From Camelus dromedarius (Eukaryota), in the NCBI RefSeq assembly GCF_036321535.1, contig NC_087437.1, positions 53,756,001 to 53,820,000 of the forward strand: a DNA stretch of 64,000 nt, read 5' to 3'. The notes under the pieces were generated by a model. It was not told the DNA's origin. It made no database searches and saw only the letters and a program-made list of their open reading frames with translations. This document shows positions 24,079-36,489 of the stretch, in pieces. Numbering within the stretch: position 1 is the first letter of the stretch; every line of letters begins with the position of its first letter. The translations under genes were made by a program, and so were the position numbers.

Positions 24079-27000
24079 CTGTAAGGAGGGAGTGGGAATA
24101 GGAGACAGAGACTGGTCAGCTCAGCCAGGTGAAAAGAGCCACTGAAAGTAATTCACATCCATCCACTGTAGATTATGCCACCACAGACCCTACTCTACAC
24201 CACGGGGCCATGCTAGCCTGGGAAAGCTCTGAGGGGTCATCTTTGGCCTAAGTCTTTCTAGTCTGGCCCATCTGTAGATCTGTAGCCAAGGACATCTATG
24301 GACCAGATCATTTTATATGTGGGCCTTCACCATCCTGAACCATTGCAGCCAAGATCACTTGTGCATGGACCATCTTTAGCCAGACCTATATCTAGCAGTG
24401 GTCACTTTGCCTATCTTCCCTAGAAAGACATCTCAGAACCCAGAAGTGGTCCACACTGTGGGCACTTAGAAAACTTCTGAAAACCATAGGCTATCAGCTT
24501 TGAGAGATGGAAGGAAATGAAAAGACTGTCTAGCAGGTTACAACAAACTCTGGACTCGGCCTAAGACACCTGGGGCCTTGACTTGACTGCTCTCCTCTGT
24601 CCTGTGTGATTCTGGGTAAGCAAATTTCCTTTTCTGGATCTCAATTTTTGATTTGCTAAACGAGACAGCTGGTCAAGACGATCTCCAAGGATCCTTCAAA
24701 TTTCAAATTCCTTTGATTTTTATTTCATTTGCCCTGACTACCCCCATTTTATAGGCGAGTAAAACTCTCCCAGAGGTTAAATGATTAGCCCAAGGTCACG
24801 TGACTGTTAAGTTGAGTAGTAGGGACTTAGCTAGATTCTAAGATCAACGTCTTATCCTGTACCCAACAGTGCCTCATTACATATGAAGACCATGGTCATG
24901 GGCCCACTAACCTTTTCTTCTCCAGCCTAAAGAACTCATGCTGTGAAGGGATGCCCTGGGCATCCAATGTTAGGGAAAGGTGGGGTGGCATAATCTACAA
25001 GCAATGATGCATGGGCTCTGTTCTGAGCCACTCATCATTGCACCCAGGAACCCAGTAGTACCTTCAAGAGAAGAAGAAGGGTCTGATCAAACTTCGTTCC
25101 ACCGAGTTGTACCCCGAGCATGCACATGTACCACCAGCCTCCTGCAGCCAAACGCCTTTGGCCCATGGGCAGAGGGTCTTCAGTACCAGCCCCCCCACTG
25201 CTAGGAACAAGCTCACATGGATTCCTCCCAGCAGAGTGCTTATGTCTGGTATGTAAGCCTCGTGTGAGTGTGGACCTCCTCCTAACCACGCATTAGGTTG
25301 CAAATTGCCAGGCTACACTCCTTGGCCCTGGATATTTTCAAAGATCCTTTAAAGGCCAAGGAGCATTTGAGTTTTCTTGGCAACTTTGAGAGGTCAGGCT
25401 TTTAGCAACCTAATGCTTTTCAGATCCTCTTCTTCCTGATGCCAAATGCTTCTTTCGTGATCCTGAAGCACCCTGCTGTTCACCCCAGGCCAGATGTGAG
25501 CTCATTGTTGCTAACAGTTTGTGGCCTGGCCTTTAAGAGTTGAAGGCCAGACTCCCAATAATAAGTAGCAGCCTACAAAGACATCTCAAGGCAAGTCTGT
25601 GACTAGCCCTGCATGTAAACTCATTTAGTGATGAAAGGCCGTCATCTGGTAAGCAGTATGCCTGTGGCTCAGTCCATGGACACAAGAAAGCCAGAGCTGA
25701 ATGATGCCTTTTTCCAACCAAGATGCCAGAGCGTACCCCAGGTCACAGAATGTCAGAGCTGGGGAAACTTGAAGAACAGCCGATTTACAGATGGAGAAAC
25801 TGAGGTTCAGAGAAGGCACATGACAAACTCAAAATTATTAGTGGCAGAGCCAGCAATGGAGCCCATTTCTTCTGACTCTAGCTTCATTTTTTCCCACTAA
25901 AGTCTGTTTTTCTTCTTGATACACTCTTTTCAAGAAGTTGAATGATGCAGCAAGACTTTGAGAGAGCCCACTGAAGTGGGGCCATTCTTTTTGGCTGCTA
26001 CCATTCTCCATCCCGTCTTTCCTGGGACAAAGGAATCTCCCTGAAATACTAGCTTCAGCTGTGCTGAAGTCAGATTCGGGCCCTAGAAGACTGGAGGCAC
26101 TGAGGGAGGGCTCTACAAGCAAAAATGTGACATTTTAGAATACTGGGTTCATAAGGATGGCAGAGTCAAGAATGGCTCGGCATTGCTTTTGTTGACATCA
26201 AAAGCCTTGAGTTCACCTTCCAGTTCCACCTCTAACTTTCTGTAGGTAACTCTGGACAAATTATTATACTTCCCTGATCCTTAGTTTTCTCATGTGTAAA
26301 ATAAGGGGCAAATAATATACGCTTAACAGTTTCCTTGGTAAGGTGGACATTATTATGCTAGATGAAATGGCTTTCTCCATTTTGGCTTGCTTCTGGGTTC
26401 AATCTCAGTGTTTTAGGGGGAGGGAATTTAGAATTCTCTGGCCTAGTCCAATGATGCACCATGTTCTGCTGACCACCAGGTGTTAAAATAGTTTCACGGC
26501 TCCTTGCATACGAGATGCTTTGTATGAATCTACATGATGATGACCAAAGAGTCCCGGAATGTCATGGATCACCTGGTCCTGCTCCCTCACTTCTGAGGTA
26601 TGAAACCCTAGCCCCAGAGAGGTGAGCTTACTTACCAAAGATCACAATTAGGAAAGACAACACCAGGACTAGGACCCAGGCTCCTGACTCCCAGCTCAGT
26701 GCCTCACCCCCTTCCAGAGGTCACAACATGGCTGCCCAAGACGGAATCTACCTGCAGTGCTGTCTTCTATGGTCCACATAGTATTTTAGCAAAATGGGGA
26801 TTTGATCTCCAGTTTGCCTCAGTTCCACCATTCCTATCTTCTCTGAGGCTTCCCCAGCTGTGGCCCTAGGGTATGCTCCTGGCTAAGCCCAAATGAGAGG
26901 CTGGGGATCAGCAGAGCATGGATGGGTTGACCTGTTCCCTGCTCCAGCTCCTCATGAGTTCTTTTAGTTCTTTCTTAGGCATAAAGCCCTCCTAAGCAAA

Positions 27001-28113
27001 ATCTTCCTAACCAGCCCCCGTCTCTCTACTCCCAGACAACCATGTGCAGTGACTTCTTCCTTCTCTGGGATCTCCTAGTACCTGTGATGGCCGAAACTGA
27101 TGCCCAAATGCTAACACTTACTTCAGTTCTCAAGGACAATAGTAGACGGCTCCCTAACCTTTCCATTTTAATGTCTAACATCTGGAAGCCTACTGAGTGA
27201 ATATTGAGGGTACTAAAATGTGCATTCAAATAATACACTATCTCAGTTTACCCAACACTCTAATTCAGTAAAATACGAATGTCACCCAACACCTAATCAT
27301 ACTGCAAAGCTCCTGCTGTTCAAGCAAATGGCAGATCAGTGCTGCTCCTCAGTGCCATCTTGAATGACTGTACCTGTCAATCAGTGCTATTCTTACTTTT
27401 TTAAGTGTAAATTTCTGTGTTGTGAATATTAAATTTAATTTATTGTTAGGTATCTATTTAACCCTATAGTATGCACTTGGGGCTAAACTTCTCTAAGTCA
27501 ATTTGAATATGTGTGTACAGTATGACTGTGATGCAAGTTATCCAGACTTTTAATGCTAACACAAATGTCCATAAAATATCCCCCAAGTCTGCACGCATAG
27601 GGACACTTCCTATTACCACAAAACTCTTTTCTCATTTTAAGATGGGGGTCAGTAGGCAAGGTCGGGGAGGCAGCAGTCACCAAGGCTTGAACACATTGCT
27701 CTGTGGAAGAACCTGTTGCTCTGTTCTATAGCCATTTGGTATTTGTCTGATGTCCATCTCCATTACAACACAGTGAGTGCTTAAGGACAGTGTGCCTACT
27801 TCTCCCTTTTCCTGGCACACAGCAGGTGCAAACACCAGCTGTGTGGGATGAAAAATCTGGTGGGAAGGAAGCCGACTGCAGAGAGAGGAGGCAGGAAGGC
27901 TGCTGGTGTGATAGAATAGGCTGAATATAGAGGCTGGTTGTTTTGAGAAGGTGTGAGGCTGGGCTTTTCTGACCCTTGACCATCTGAAAATCTCTCTTAA
28001 AGAACAATTGAAGCATCATGCCCCCATCCCTCCATCCATTAACAGCCAGAGCACCTGTGGCCTGAGGTCCTTGCATAGGAGACCTTGAGGCAGAGAACTT
28101 GAGGGTGAGGTAC

Positions 28114-28188
28114 CTGGTAGGCAGGTGGGCTGGCTTCTCCCTAGGACTTCATTCATCCAGACTCCTTGGGCAGAACAGGTATATACAC
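28114..28188 (-). CDS. MASP1: MASP1 exon 11: second part of CCP2, last exon shared by MASP-1 and MASP-3
   Basis: ctcccag|GTGTATATACC...CTACCAG|gtacct; 75 nt; GVYTCSAQGVWMNEVLGRSQPTCLP. Confidence 0.96.
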
Positions 28189-28978
28189 CTGGGAGAGTGG
28201 GAAAAGATTGAAGAAGGAAAATATAGTTAATTTATAGCACATGGAAGAGTGATCTCGGTTCTTAACTCTTCTGTTGTGGGTCATGGCAAGTCCTTCAAAG
28301 AGCCTTTCTGATGCCGTTCACTCCAAGCCAGTCGTGTCAGCAACTTGAAGCATCTTTCTAAAATGGGAATCTGACCTTGTCTCTTCTCTGCTCAAAATCA
28401 CCAACATCTCCCCATTCGCCTCACAAATAAACAGCACTCTCTTCAGTATGGTTCCAAGGCTCTGAGCCATCTGACTCCTGCCTGTTGGGGCACGGCCCAG
28501 CCCCTGGAAGGCAGTTCTCATCATGAGTCATGCGGCCCTTGGTTCACTTGCTCTGCCTCCGTCTCTCCACTTAACAAACCTTTTATAAACCACACTCGTG
28601 TCCTCCATCTCATGAGGCTTACAGCAGCTCTGTGAGCTACATCACTATTTCCCTTCAGAAGGGAGGACTTCGAGGCTTTGAGAAATTAGGAGAATTTTCT
28701 TAGCGCTATTCTGCAGTGGAGGCAGAACTGATCGGCCTTGAGGGTTCCTTCCCTGCTGGAGGCTGTGTGTCTGTGTGGGTACTGGGGTGTCATGCAGTCT
28801 AATCTAACTCTTGGGATACAGGCCTCAGGCAGGGAATGGGGAGGCATGTCTCCAAGTATTCCTCTTCCTAATTCCTCTCAAACTGTGGCCAATTAACTGG
28901 CTGTTTCCGCCCCCAGACTAACCCAGAGATCCAGTGTGTGTGAGGTGGGAGGGGGCTGGTTCAACACAGAGGGCTCAC

Positions 28979-29116
28979 CTGTGATACTGTTCAGCATTTT
29001 GTAGTAGGGCTGCTGGCAGGAGTACCTGATCTCAGATTTGTATGTGGTAAGGTTGTTCCTGGTGGAAAAGGTGACCAGCCCATTTTCCAGCTCTGCCGGG
29101 GCTCCACAGTCTGCAA
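28979..29116 (-). CDS. MASP1: MASP1 exon 10: first part of CCP2
   Basis: ctctctcag|TTGCAGACTGT...ATCACAG|gtgagc; 138 nt; IADCGAPAELENGLVTFSTRNNLTTYKSEIRYSCQQPYYKMLNSIT. Confidence 0.96.
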
Positions 29117-32100
29117 CTGAGAGAGAAGAGAGTGAGGCCTCTCAATTACCCTTTCCTCGTCTTGGGGCCATCTGGTGGGCCTGTCCCATACAGATGTGCA
29201 GGTTGTACACCGCACACAACTCCAGAGAGCAATGTCATAGTCCATGCAAACAGTGGCCCTGCATCTGGGGCCTCTCCTATCTATTATGGTACTACTGTGT
29301 GGTCAACTCACCTGGCCTGCTGTCAATTCCAGGGCAGGGGCAGTTCTGCTGAGATTCAAGCAGATCCCCACCAGGCCCCTTTCCTTGACTTCCAGTTCTA
29401 TTGTGCAATCCTCTTATCCTCTTCTGCCCAAGCATGAAGCCCATGGCGTAGTGATAAAATTCTGGCTCACATGAACCAAAGAATCTTCAGTTCTTCCAGC
29501 CCCAACCACATGCTGAGTTAGAGCAGTCATTGTTCTCACACTGGAGCTTGGCATTAAAAAATCCCAAAACAAACAAAAAGAAACCCAGCTCCTGCATAAG
29601 TATGTAGCCCCACCCTGCTGGTTCTCGGCAGGCACAGAAGGCAGGAGGAGGGGCAGGTTGGACCAACTTTTAGTCTTCACCTGCTCATTTTCTCCAGTTG
29701 TTGGTGGCTGGACATTGGAGCAGACTGTAGGGCAAGACCAAAGATGCCTGCTCCTCAGAGGTGGTCTTAGAGAGCCTTCCCATCCAGCCAGGTCTTAGGG
29801 GAGTTGCCGGCACCAGTCTGCCGGGAGTCAGGTCAGTGGCTGAGGACCCAGTTTGTCAGTATCTCTTTAGGGGCCTTCATCAGAGGATGGTGCTCATTTC
29901 TAAGGAAATCCTAATCTTAGATCAAAACCTCTGCCAGAACTGAAGAATCACAGAACTTCACAGTTGGAAAGGAGCCTGAAGTCAGGCAATCTAGAACATC
30001 ATCTTTACTTATAGATGGGCTCAGGGAGGAGACTTGACTGTCTAAGGTCACCCAGTTAGTTACAGTCAGAGAACCAGATCTGACTTTAAACTCAGTGTTC
30101 TTGTAAGTAAACCAGACTGACAATTCTTAAGGATCTGTTCTCTAGTGAAAATGGCCTAGAATCAACATTAGCTGTGTAAGGGTGAACATTAGTGGTCAGT
30201 ATTGATAATTTCCGAGGATGGCATTCTAAAGTCAGAGATTCTCTCCTCCTGAATTTTACTTGCTCACCTTGGGAAACAGAAGAGACAACTCACCCCTGAG
30301 ATTCTACTCATAAATTGTGATTTCTAATTTTAGGACTCCAAATTCATCTTTTTGACTGAATAGAGAGTTACCTAACTTAAACTATAGATGACTCCAAGGC
30401 CCTTCAGGGGGGAAGAGAGGGGTGACAGATGGGAATCAGTGCAGGCACCTCCTATCCACAAGGAAGGCCAAAGCCAAGAGAACTGGTTAGTGATGTTTCC
30501 TGGCCCCCAATCCTCTTGGACAAATTGTTCCTTTTGGCTTTGATTACCCAAAAGTAGAGACACTCTTCTACTCTGGGGGGAAGCCTGGAAGGGTCAGCAC
30601 TCCAATAACAAGAGGTAATAATACTATCTAAAGCTATAAACAATTTTAAATGTATTTTCCTGCTGAGTCCCAAAGCAAATTTTTCTTCCTTTTTTAGGAA
30701 ACACCATTGATTGCTGCCGAGATCTTTGTATTACTCTTGTCTCCCTTCACTTTGGTCTGTTTTACCCAAATTATCCTCAGGACCTAATACCTAGTTCTAG
30801 GTGGAGGAATTCCAGCCAGGCTCAGTCTTAGACATGGCCAGGTGGTCAGGCTGTTGGGAGCCTGTGAGTGGCCAGCACTGCTGGAGAGGGACTGTCTGGA
30901 CTGAGGGCCTGCTTTCACATCACTCTAGAGAAGTAACTTTGCCTGTGGATAAAGCTGGTCTTACAACCAGACAGAGGGGTGACAGATGATGGGAAACAGT
31001 GTCACTCCAGCTTGGGTATAGTGAGTGGGGAAGGGGCAACTTCTCCCCAAGTCTACAGTGGCAGGCAAAGAGCCATGTCTCTCCGGGGCCTAGGGACAAC
31101 TTCCCTTTGCAAGAGGCCTTTGAGCTCTGCCTGACACAATCCAAGATGCTAGATCCGGACCCTGCTTCCTCAACTAGTCTATCTTCTCAGCTTGAGAAAG
31201 GGCCCCATCCTTTTCTCTAAAGTGCCTCTGACCACTTCCACACTGCACCAAACTCCTCTTCCTTTACCCGTTCCCTTGGCCTTTCTTTCTCCTCTTCTCT
31301 TGGATGGGAGGTGCCACCCACACCCTGTCTCTGCTGTCACCACTTGCTGCCATATATCTTCCTTCAGACACATCTTTCTTGACCTGCCATCCTGAGGATG
31401 CTTTGGCACAGTCCTGGGCTGCCTAGGGAACCACGCACAATTGGCTCACTTGGCCCTCAGGTCCCAGGGATGCCCCCGACCCCAGCCTCATCTTTGTCCC
31501 TCCCTCTGGGGTGCTTGTGCGCCAGCATCACAGACCTCTCCCTGTGCTGCAGCTTTCTGCACACGGGAAACCCTGTGGTTCATGCTCTGGCCGCCCTCCA
31601 GGCCTTGATCAAACACTGCTGCTTCTTGAAAGCCTTTTCTCATTCTTCTAATTGGACAGGGCTGCTTCCTCATTTCTACTTGCAAGGCCTTTTATTCATC
31701 TCTCTTGGATGCATGTATCTTACATTGCCTGGTGTTGCAATTATTCGGGCTCATATCAAATCTTTTGCTTAAATTACGATCCCCTCTGTCACACTGAGAA
31801 CAAGACCTGTTACAATTCGTGGTCTTAAAAATATTGACTCAACTGATGCTATCTTTAGTGATTGCCCCATCTCCTCTCTCAAGGGCACTCCATCCCCAGG
31901 ATGGTCCTGCCGTCTCTGGACCTTTCATTGTCCAACTTGGCAGGATTTTTCCTTCATCAAGAGACCATTTAATTACCAAACAGACTGAGCAGTCACGATG
32001 TTATGCAGGGGTTCTCTGCTAAGTCTACCCAGATTCTTTTCAGGCTGAAGCAGAGATTCCCACCTCCACAGCCCTCTCCTCACCAGTATTTATGACCCAG

Positions 32101-32166
32101 TGATGTCCCATGGCACCAGAGCCGAGGACCACTGCTTTCAGGTGTGATGCCTATCTTTTGAAAAAC

Positions 32167-32172
32167 TTTAAT
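32167..32172 (-). terminator. Candidate poly(A) signal (ATTAAA) for the MAp44 transcript
   Basis: tttaat on the + strand, about 645 nt past the exon 9 stop; an alternative AATAAA lies at 31691-31696. Confidence 0.5.
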
Positions 32173-32814
32173 CAGGGAAATTTTGGAAACGCAAAATTTG
32201 TCAGCCCCAGAGGAAAGAACTTCTGATGATGGAATTTCAGCCCTGTGTTAGGTATAAGTGGAAAAGGAACATGAGACTATGTCTGGCTTTCCTAAAAATC
32301 CACGCTACACGAGTTATTGTTAGTTTCACCTTCTTTTGGTTCTTAAGAAAGTAGCATGGGTACAAACACTAAAGTCATAAAGTCACAGGCATTCTGGTCC
32401 ATTTAAGCTTAAAGTGTAAAGTGGATTAGAAACCAGGGCCTACTTTGACCTGGTCCGCCTAAGACCATGTGATTTTATATTAAATCATGCGCCTCTGGAA
32501 CCAAAGCCATTTTCCCTTTGAGAAGAGTAAAGTCCACATAGAAGTCCTAAAAAAAAAAAAACCCACATTGTTTTTTCATTACTTTCCAGCATAATGTTTG
32601 AATGATGGGTGACCCCTCAAAGGAAGATTGCTCTCATACATGCAGCAGTTTCAACTGCTTGAGCCTGTGTTGCCTTGTTCAGCATCCATTCTAATCCGCA
32701 CTGAAATAGGAAATGGAGTGTTGGCAGGATGGGGAGGGATGGAGTAGCTCTGGGACCCAGGGGTCTCGTGAGTGGTCCGTTCCTGGATGTCTGCACTGTG
32801 TGGGGTCTTGTCAT

Positions 32815-32867
32815 TCACTCTGTCACTGGCTCTGACTCAGGGTCGCTCTCCACATCCATTTCCATGT
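32815..32867 (-). CDS. MASP1: MASP1 exon 9: MAp44 (MAP-1)-specific terminal exon, coding part
   Basis: ggtggcag|ACATGGAAATG...ACAGAG TGA. In phase with exon 8 it gives the 17-aa acidic tail NMEMDVESDPESEPVTE*, matching the length and VTE* ending of the human MAp44 tail as recalled. Confidence 0.9.
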
Positions 32868-35354
32868 CTGCCACCGTGGTGAAGATCAGGGAGGGGTCAG
32901 GAGGTACAGAGAAAGGAAGCAGACAGAAGAAGGGAGAGAGAAAAAGAAGAGAAAGAGAAAAATTAGCAAGCAAAGCAGAAACAGTTCATGCAGGAAACAG
33001 AAATCACTCCACCAGAATTGATTAAGAATGCACAGTTGAGATACAGCCAGTGTGAAGGACAGTCTGGGATTGTGGAATGTGTACCATTCTGAGAATCTGC
33101 ACAGTCACAAATCCTGGCTCACGAGGAAGATACCATCCTGCCCCTGGAGTGAGCTTTGCATTTATCTAGGTCCACCTAGATAATTAATTAGGTCCACCTA
33201 ATGTGATAGGTGGCATCGGAGTGGAGTGGGACTTGTCAGGGGTCACCACAGCAAGGTGGAGGCAGGACCAGGACCACAACCCATAATCCTCACTTCCTGT
33301 CCCAGGGCAAGTTTCTTCACTGCACACGCACACTTCATGTCTGTTCCTAACCCCTTCCTCCACAGTCGCTGGGGACTCTCAACTTCTCAGGCCTGTTCCT
33401 CTTTGCATCCCCCCCAGGATCCAACACATGCCTGGAATAGATATACTCAATAAATATCTACTCAGTGAATGAGCAGAGATGCCCGCTGTGTCTGAGTGGG
33501 GATTCTCGTAGTCCTGATCCAGGCTATGCTGGGAGAACTAGGTCACGTTAGGGAGAAAAAAATTCCTCTTTTCTTTAGTACAAAATGATAGGCATTCTCT
33601 TGTATACTAACATACATCACATAAAATGGTACCATCAAATATCATTCGTGCTTTATATCAACACTTCTGTTCCAATAAAAAGTATGTGTGTTTGATTAGG
33701 GGGAAAAATTATTACTAAAGTTTCCTACTTTCCAAAAGCATGAATAAGAGAAACCAAATCTCTTCCTAACAAGGGGGTTGAGTGGAGGAAAGAAACAAGA
33801 TTTTATTGGGCTTTTACTTATTTCTGGTGCTCCACAGATGTGATGTATACATTAATTCAGTCCTCAGAACAATCAGGAATGCAGGAAACTGAGGCCAAAG
33901 GAGTCTGAGTCCATTGTTCCAGGACACTCAACTGGTAGAGTCTGGATCTGAATCCAGAACATCCTGTCTCCAAAGCACATCCTGCCCTCTCTAGCCCCCA
34001 TCCTCTGCCTCCTCTTCAGAACGCTCCCTTGTGGGGTCCTGCAGAGTGCCTCTCCTAGAACTCAGTCCCAGCACGGCACATGCACTATGTGTTGGAGGAG
34101 GAGGCGGATGTGTCTGCTGGTATTTGAGTTCCTCAATGTCTGGACCTTGTCTTTTCCATCTGATTCTCTGTAGACCTCTGCACAGGCATCCAGTAAATGT
34201 TGAAACTTTTTGTTGAAGCCATAAAATGCCACCCACCAACCCACCCTTTCCCACACTGGGCTCTGACTCCAGCCACATCATCACATAAAAAAGGAAATTA
34301 GAAACAAATACTTTCTGCTCCAAAATTATGCCTGGGATTTGCCTCAAGGGAGCCCCACCCTGACAGTGTCCCCACAGGGCAGTAGGAGTGGATCCTTCTG
34401 CCTACACGACCTGAGCCATTTAGGAGAAAGGAAGAGGACAGCACTCCAAAGTTCATATGAGGTCATGAAATGGGGCTGGGTGGGTCCAACCCTAAATCTT
34501 GACTTCTCACCTCTCCATTCTTAAGTAAATCCTCCTTCCCTCCCTCCCTCCCTCCCTCTCTTCTTCTTCTCTATCACCATACCTCCTCTCATCGCTGTTG
34601 CCACAGATCAGTTTGCTAAAATTGTGGTCCCTATAAGTCTTGCATTGAAATCACTGGGGTGGGGGGTGGGGTGGCTGGTGATTTGTATTTTTTACAAAGT
34701 CCACTAGGTGATTTATATGGATTGCATTATTTCAGAACCACTGGGATATATTCTAGAATATTAAAGCTAGTCCAAACTCTTTACATGACAGCCAAGGTGA
34801 AAGATCTTGTCCATGGTCACTGGGTGGGTTAGGGGCAGAGACAAGGCAAGAACTCTGGGTCCCAAGAACCAGTGCAGAGCTGCACCCCCTACCTCACACG
34901 GGTCCACCGTGCTGACCCAACAGCCCTAACTCATGAGCTGCACAGAAGACTTAGTGGACATGGCTCACGACCACGTCAAGACTGGCAAGGTCACTCAGCT
35001 CCGGGCACTGGTGCTAAAATAGTTTCCTGAATTAGGAATTGCTAGAGCTAGTTTCAAACCTGGAGACAAGCCATTCCTTTTGCAAATTTGGCAGCTTGTC
35101 TGGAGGCAGAGGTAAAATTAGTATTCAGAAAGTAGACTGGGACCCGCAAGAAGTTTCTTTTGGAATCCCAATATCTTGTTGCTCAAAGAAACATTACTAG
35201 CTTTTCGTCCAGCCTCAGTGTGTCTGTGGGATTCCCACCCCATCCTTCTCAGGGTGCAACTACCAGGTTCCTCCCCCCTTATGTGGTCTCTGCTCCGATC
35301 CCCCCGGCACTGGAAGCTCATTATCCTTGTAATCAACCAACTGTGTTTTCTTAC

Positions 35355-35433
35355 TTTTACAGGTGGGAATCCTGTTACTCCACGTCCCGTCCTTCAGACA
35401 CTCGATCTGGAATGTGTCCATCTCCACATTATC
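35355..35433 (-). CDS. MASP1: MASP1 exon 8: second part of CCP1
   Basis: ttcctag|GATAATGTG...TGTAAAA|gtaaga; 79 nt; DNVEMDTFQIECLKDGTWSNRIPTCK. Confidence 0.95.
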
Positions 35434-35699
35434 CTAGGAAGAAACACGAAGAAGGAGTGGGGAGGAGGGCTGGGGTTGGTGGTTGTTTCCCAGGGACGCT
35501 GGTTCAGACTCTACATCTGGCTGTCCTTGACTGAGCTTTTCCAACCATAGGCCTCCAAAGGCTTGAGGATAAGGCGAATATAGATGCTGAATTCATATTC
35601 TCCATTCCTACTCTGCAGGGACGTCAGGACGATGTGCAAGACGGGGTTTGGGCAACGTCTAAGAGGAGAATCCTGTCCCCCGACTCCTTTTTTCAGAGC

Positions 35700-36050
35700 A
35701 GCAGCTCTCAAACCCAAGTTAAGCATCAGCATCCCTGAGTCCCTGAGGACTTTTTGCAGAGATCACCGGGCCTCATCCCCAGAGTTTCTGAATCAGTGGG
35801 TCTAGCCTAGGGACCAAGACTTTGCATTTCTAATAAGTGATGGGCTGCTGTGATGGGGGCCCTACTTGGATGACCGTTCCTTGAGGGCAGTGGCCCGCTA
35901 GCTTGGTTCACATCCGACTCACTTGGGCAACTTAACAGGAAAAGTCACTGGGCCCCGCCCCAGAGATTCTGCTTTAATTGATCTCAGGTGGGGCCTGGGA
36001 GGTGCTTTTGTTTTTAAGTTAATCAGGTGATTCCTAGGAGAGCCACTGTG
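35700..36050. mobile_element. MER5-type hAT relics (two pieces)
   Basis: ccccagagtttctgaatcagtgggtct...tgcatttctaataag and gccccgccccagagattctg...caggtgattc...gagccactg. Confidence 0.55.
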
Positions 36051-36370
36051 TCTCAGACAGTGAGCAAGGCCCATCTGCCACCTTTTAAAAGCTCTGCTTC
36101 TGTCCAGGTTCCCCCAATAAGCCTGATGAGCTTTGTAAAGGTTGTTGATTCTGATTCTGATTTTTGTGCTACTTTTCAGAAGTTAGAGTCTGGGACACAC
36201 GCTCTGAATTTTCAGAAGACTGGAATTTCTGGCACATTTGGGAGGTTTACAGGGAAGTTAGGAAATCCTGTGGTGGGACCATCACAAACTGTGGAAGCCC
36301 ATCTGCCCTGGGAGGCTCTGGGGAACTTCTCTGGCCTGGAGGTTCTCCCTCCCCCGGCAGGACCTTTTAC

Positions 36371-36489
36371 CTTCAGCACTTTGTAGCCTGTGTCACAGCT
36401 GATGAGCATCTGGTCCTTGAAGGAGTACTTGGCTTGCGTGGGCTCGAGTTTCCCATGGACAGGAGGCTGCAGCTTGGGGCATTCATTCC
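36371..36489 (-). CDS. MASP1: MASP1 exon 7: first part of CCP1
   Basis: cgaccag|GGAATGAATGC...CTGAAG|gtaaaa; 119 nt; GNECPKLQPPVHGKLEPTQAKYSFKDQMLISCDTGYKVLK. Confidence 0.95.
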
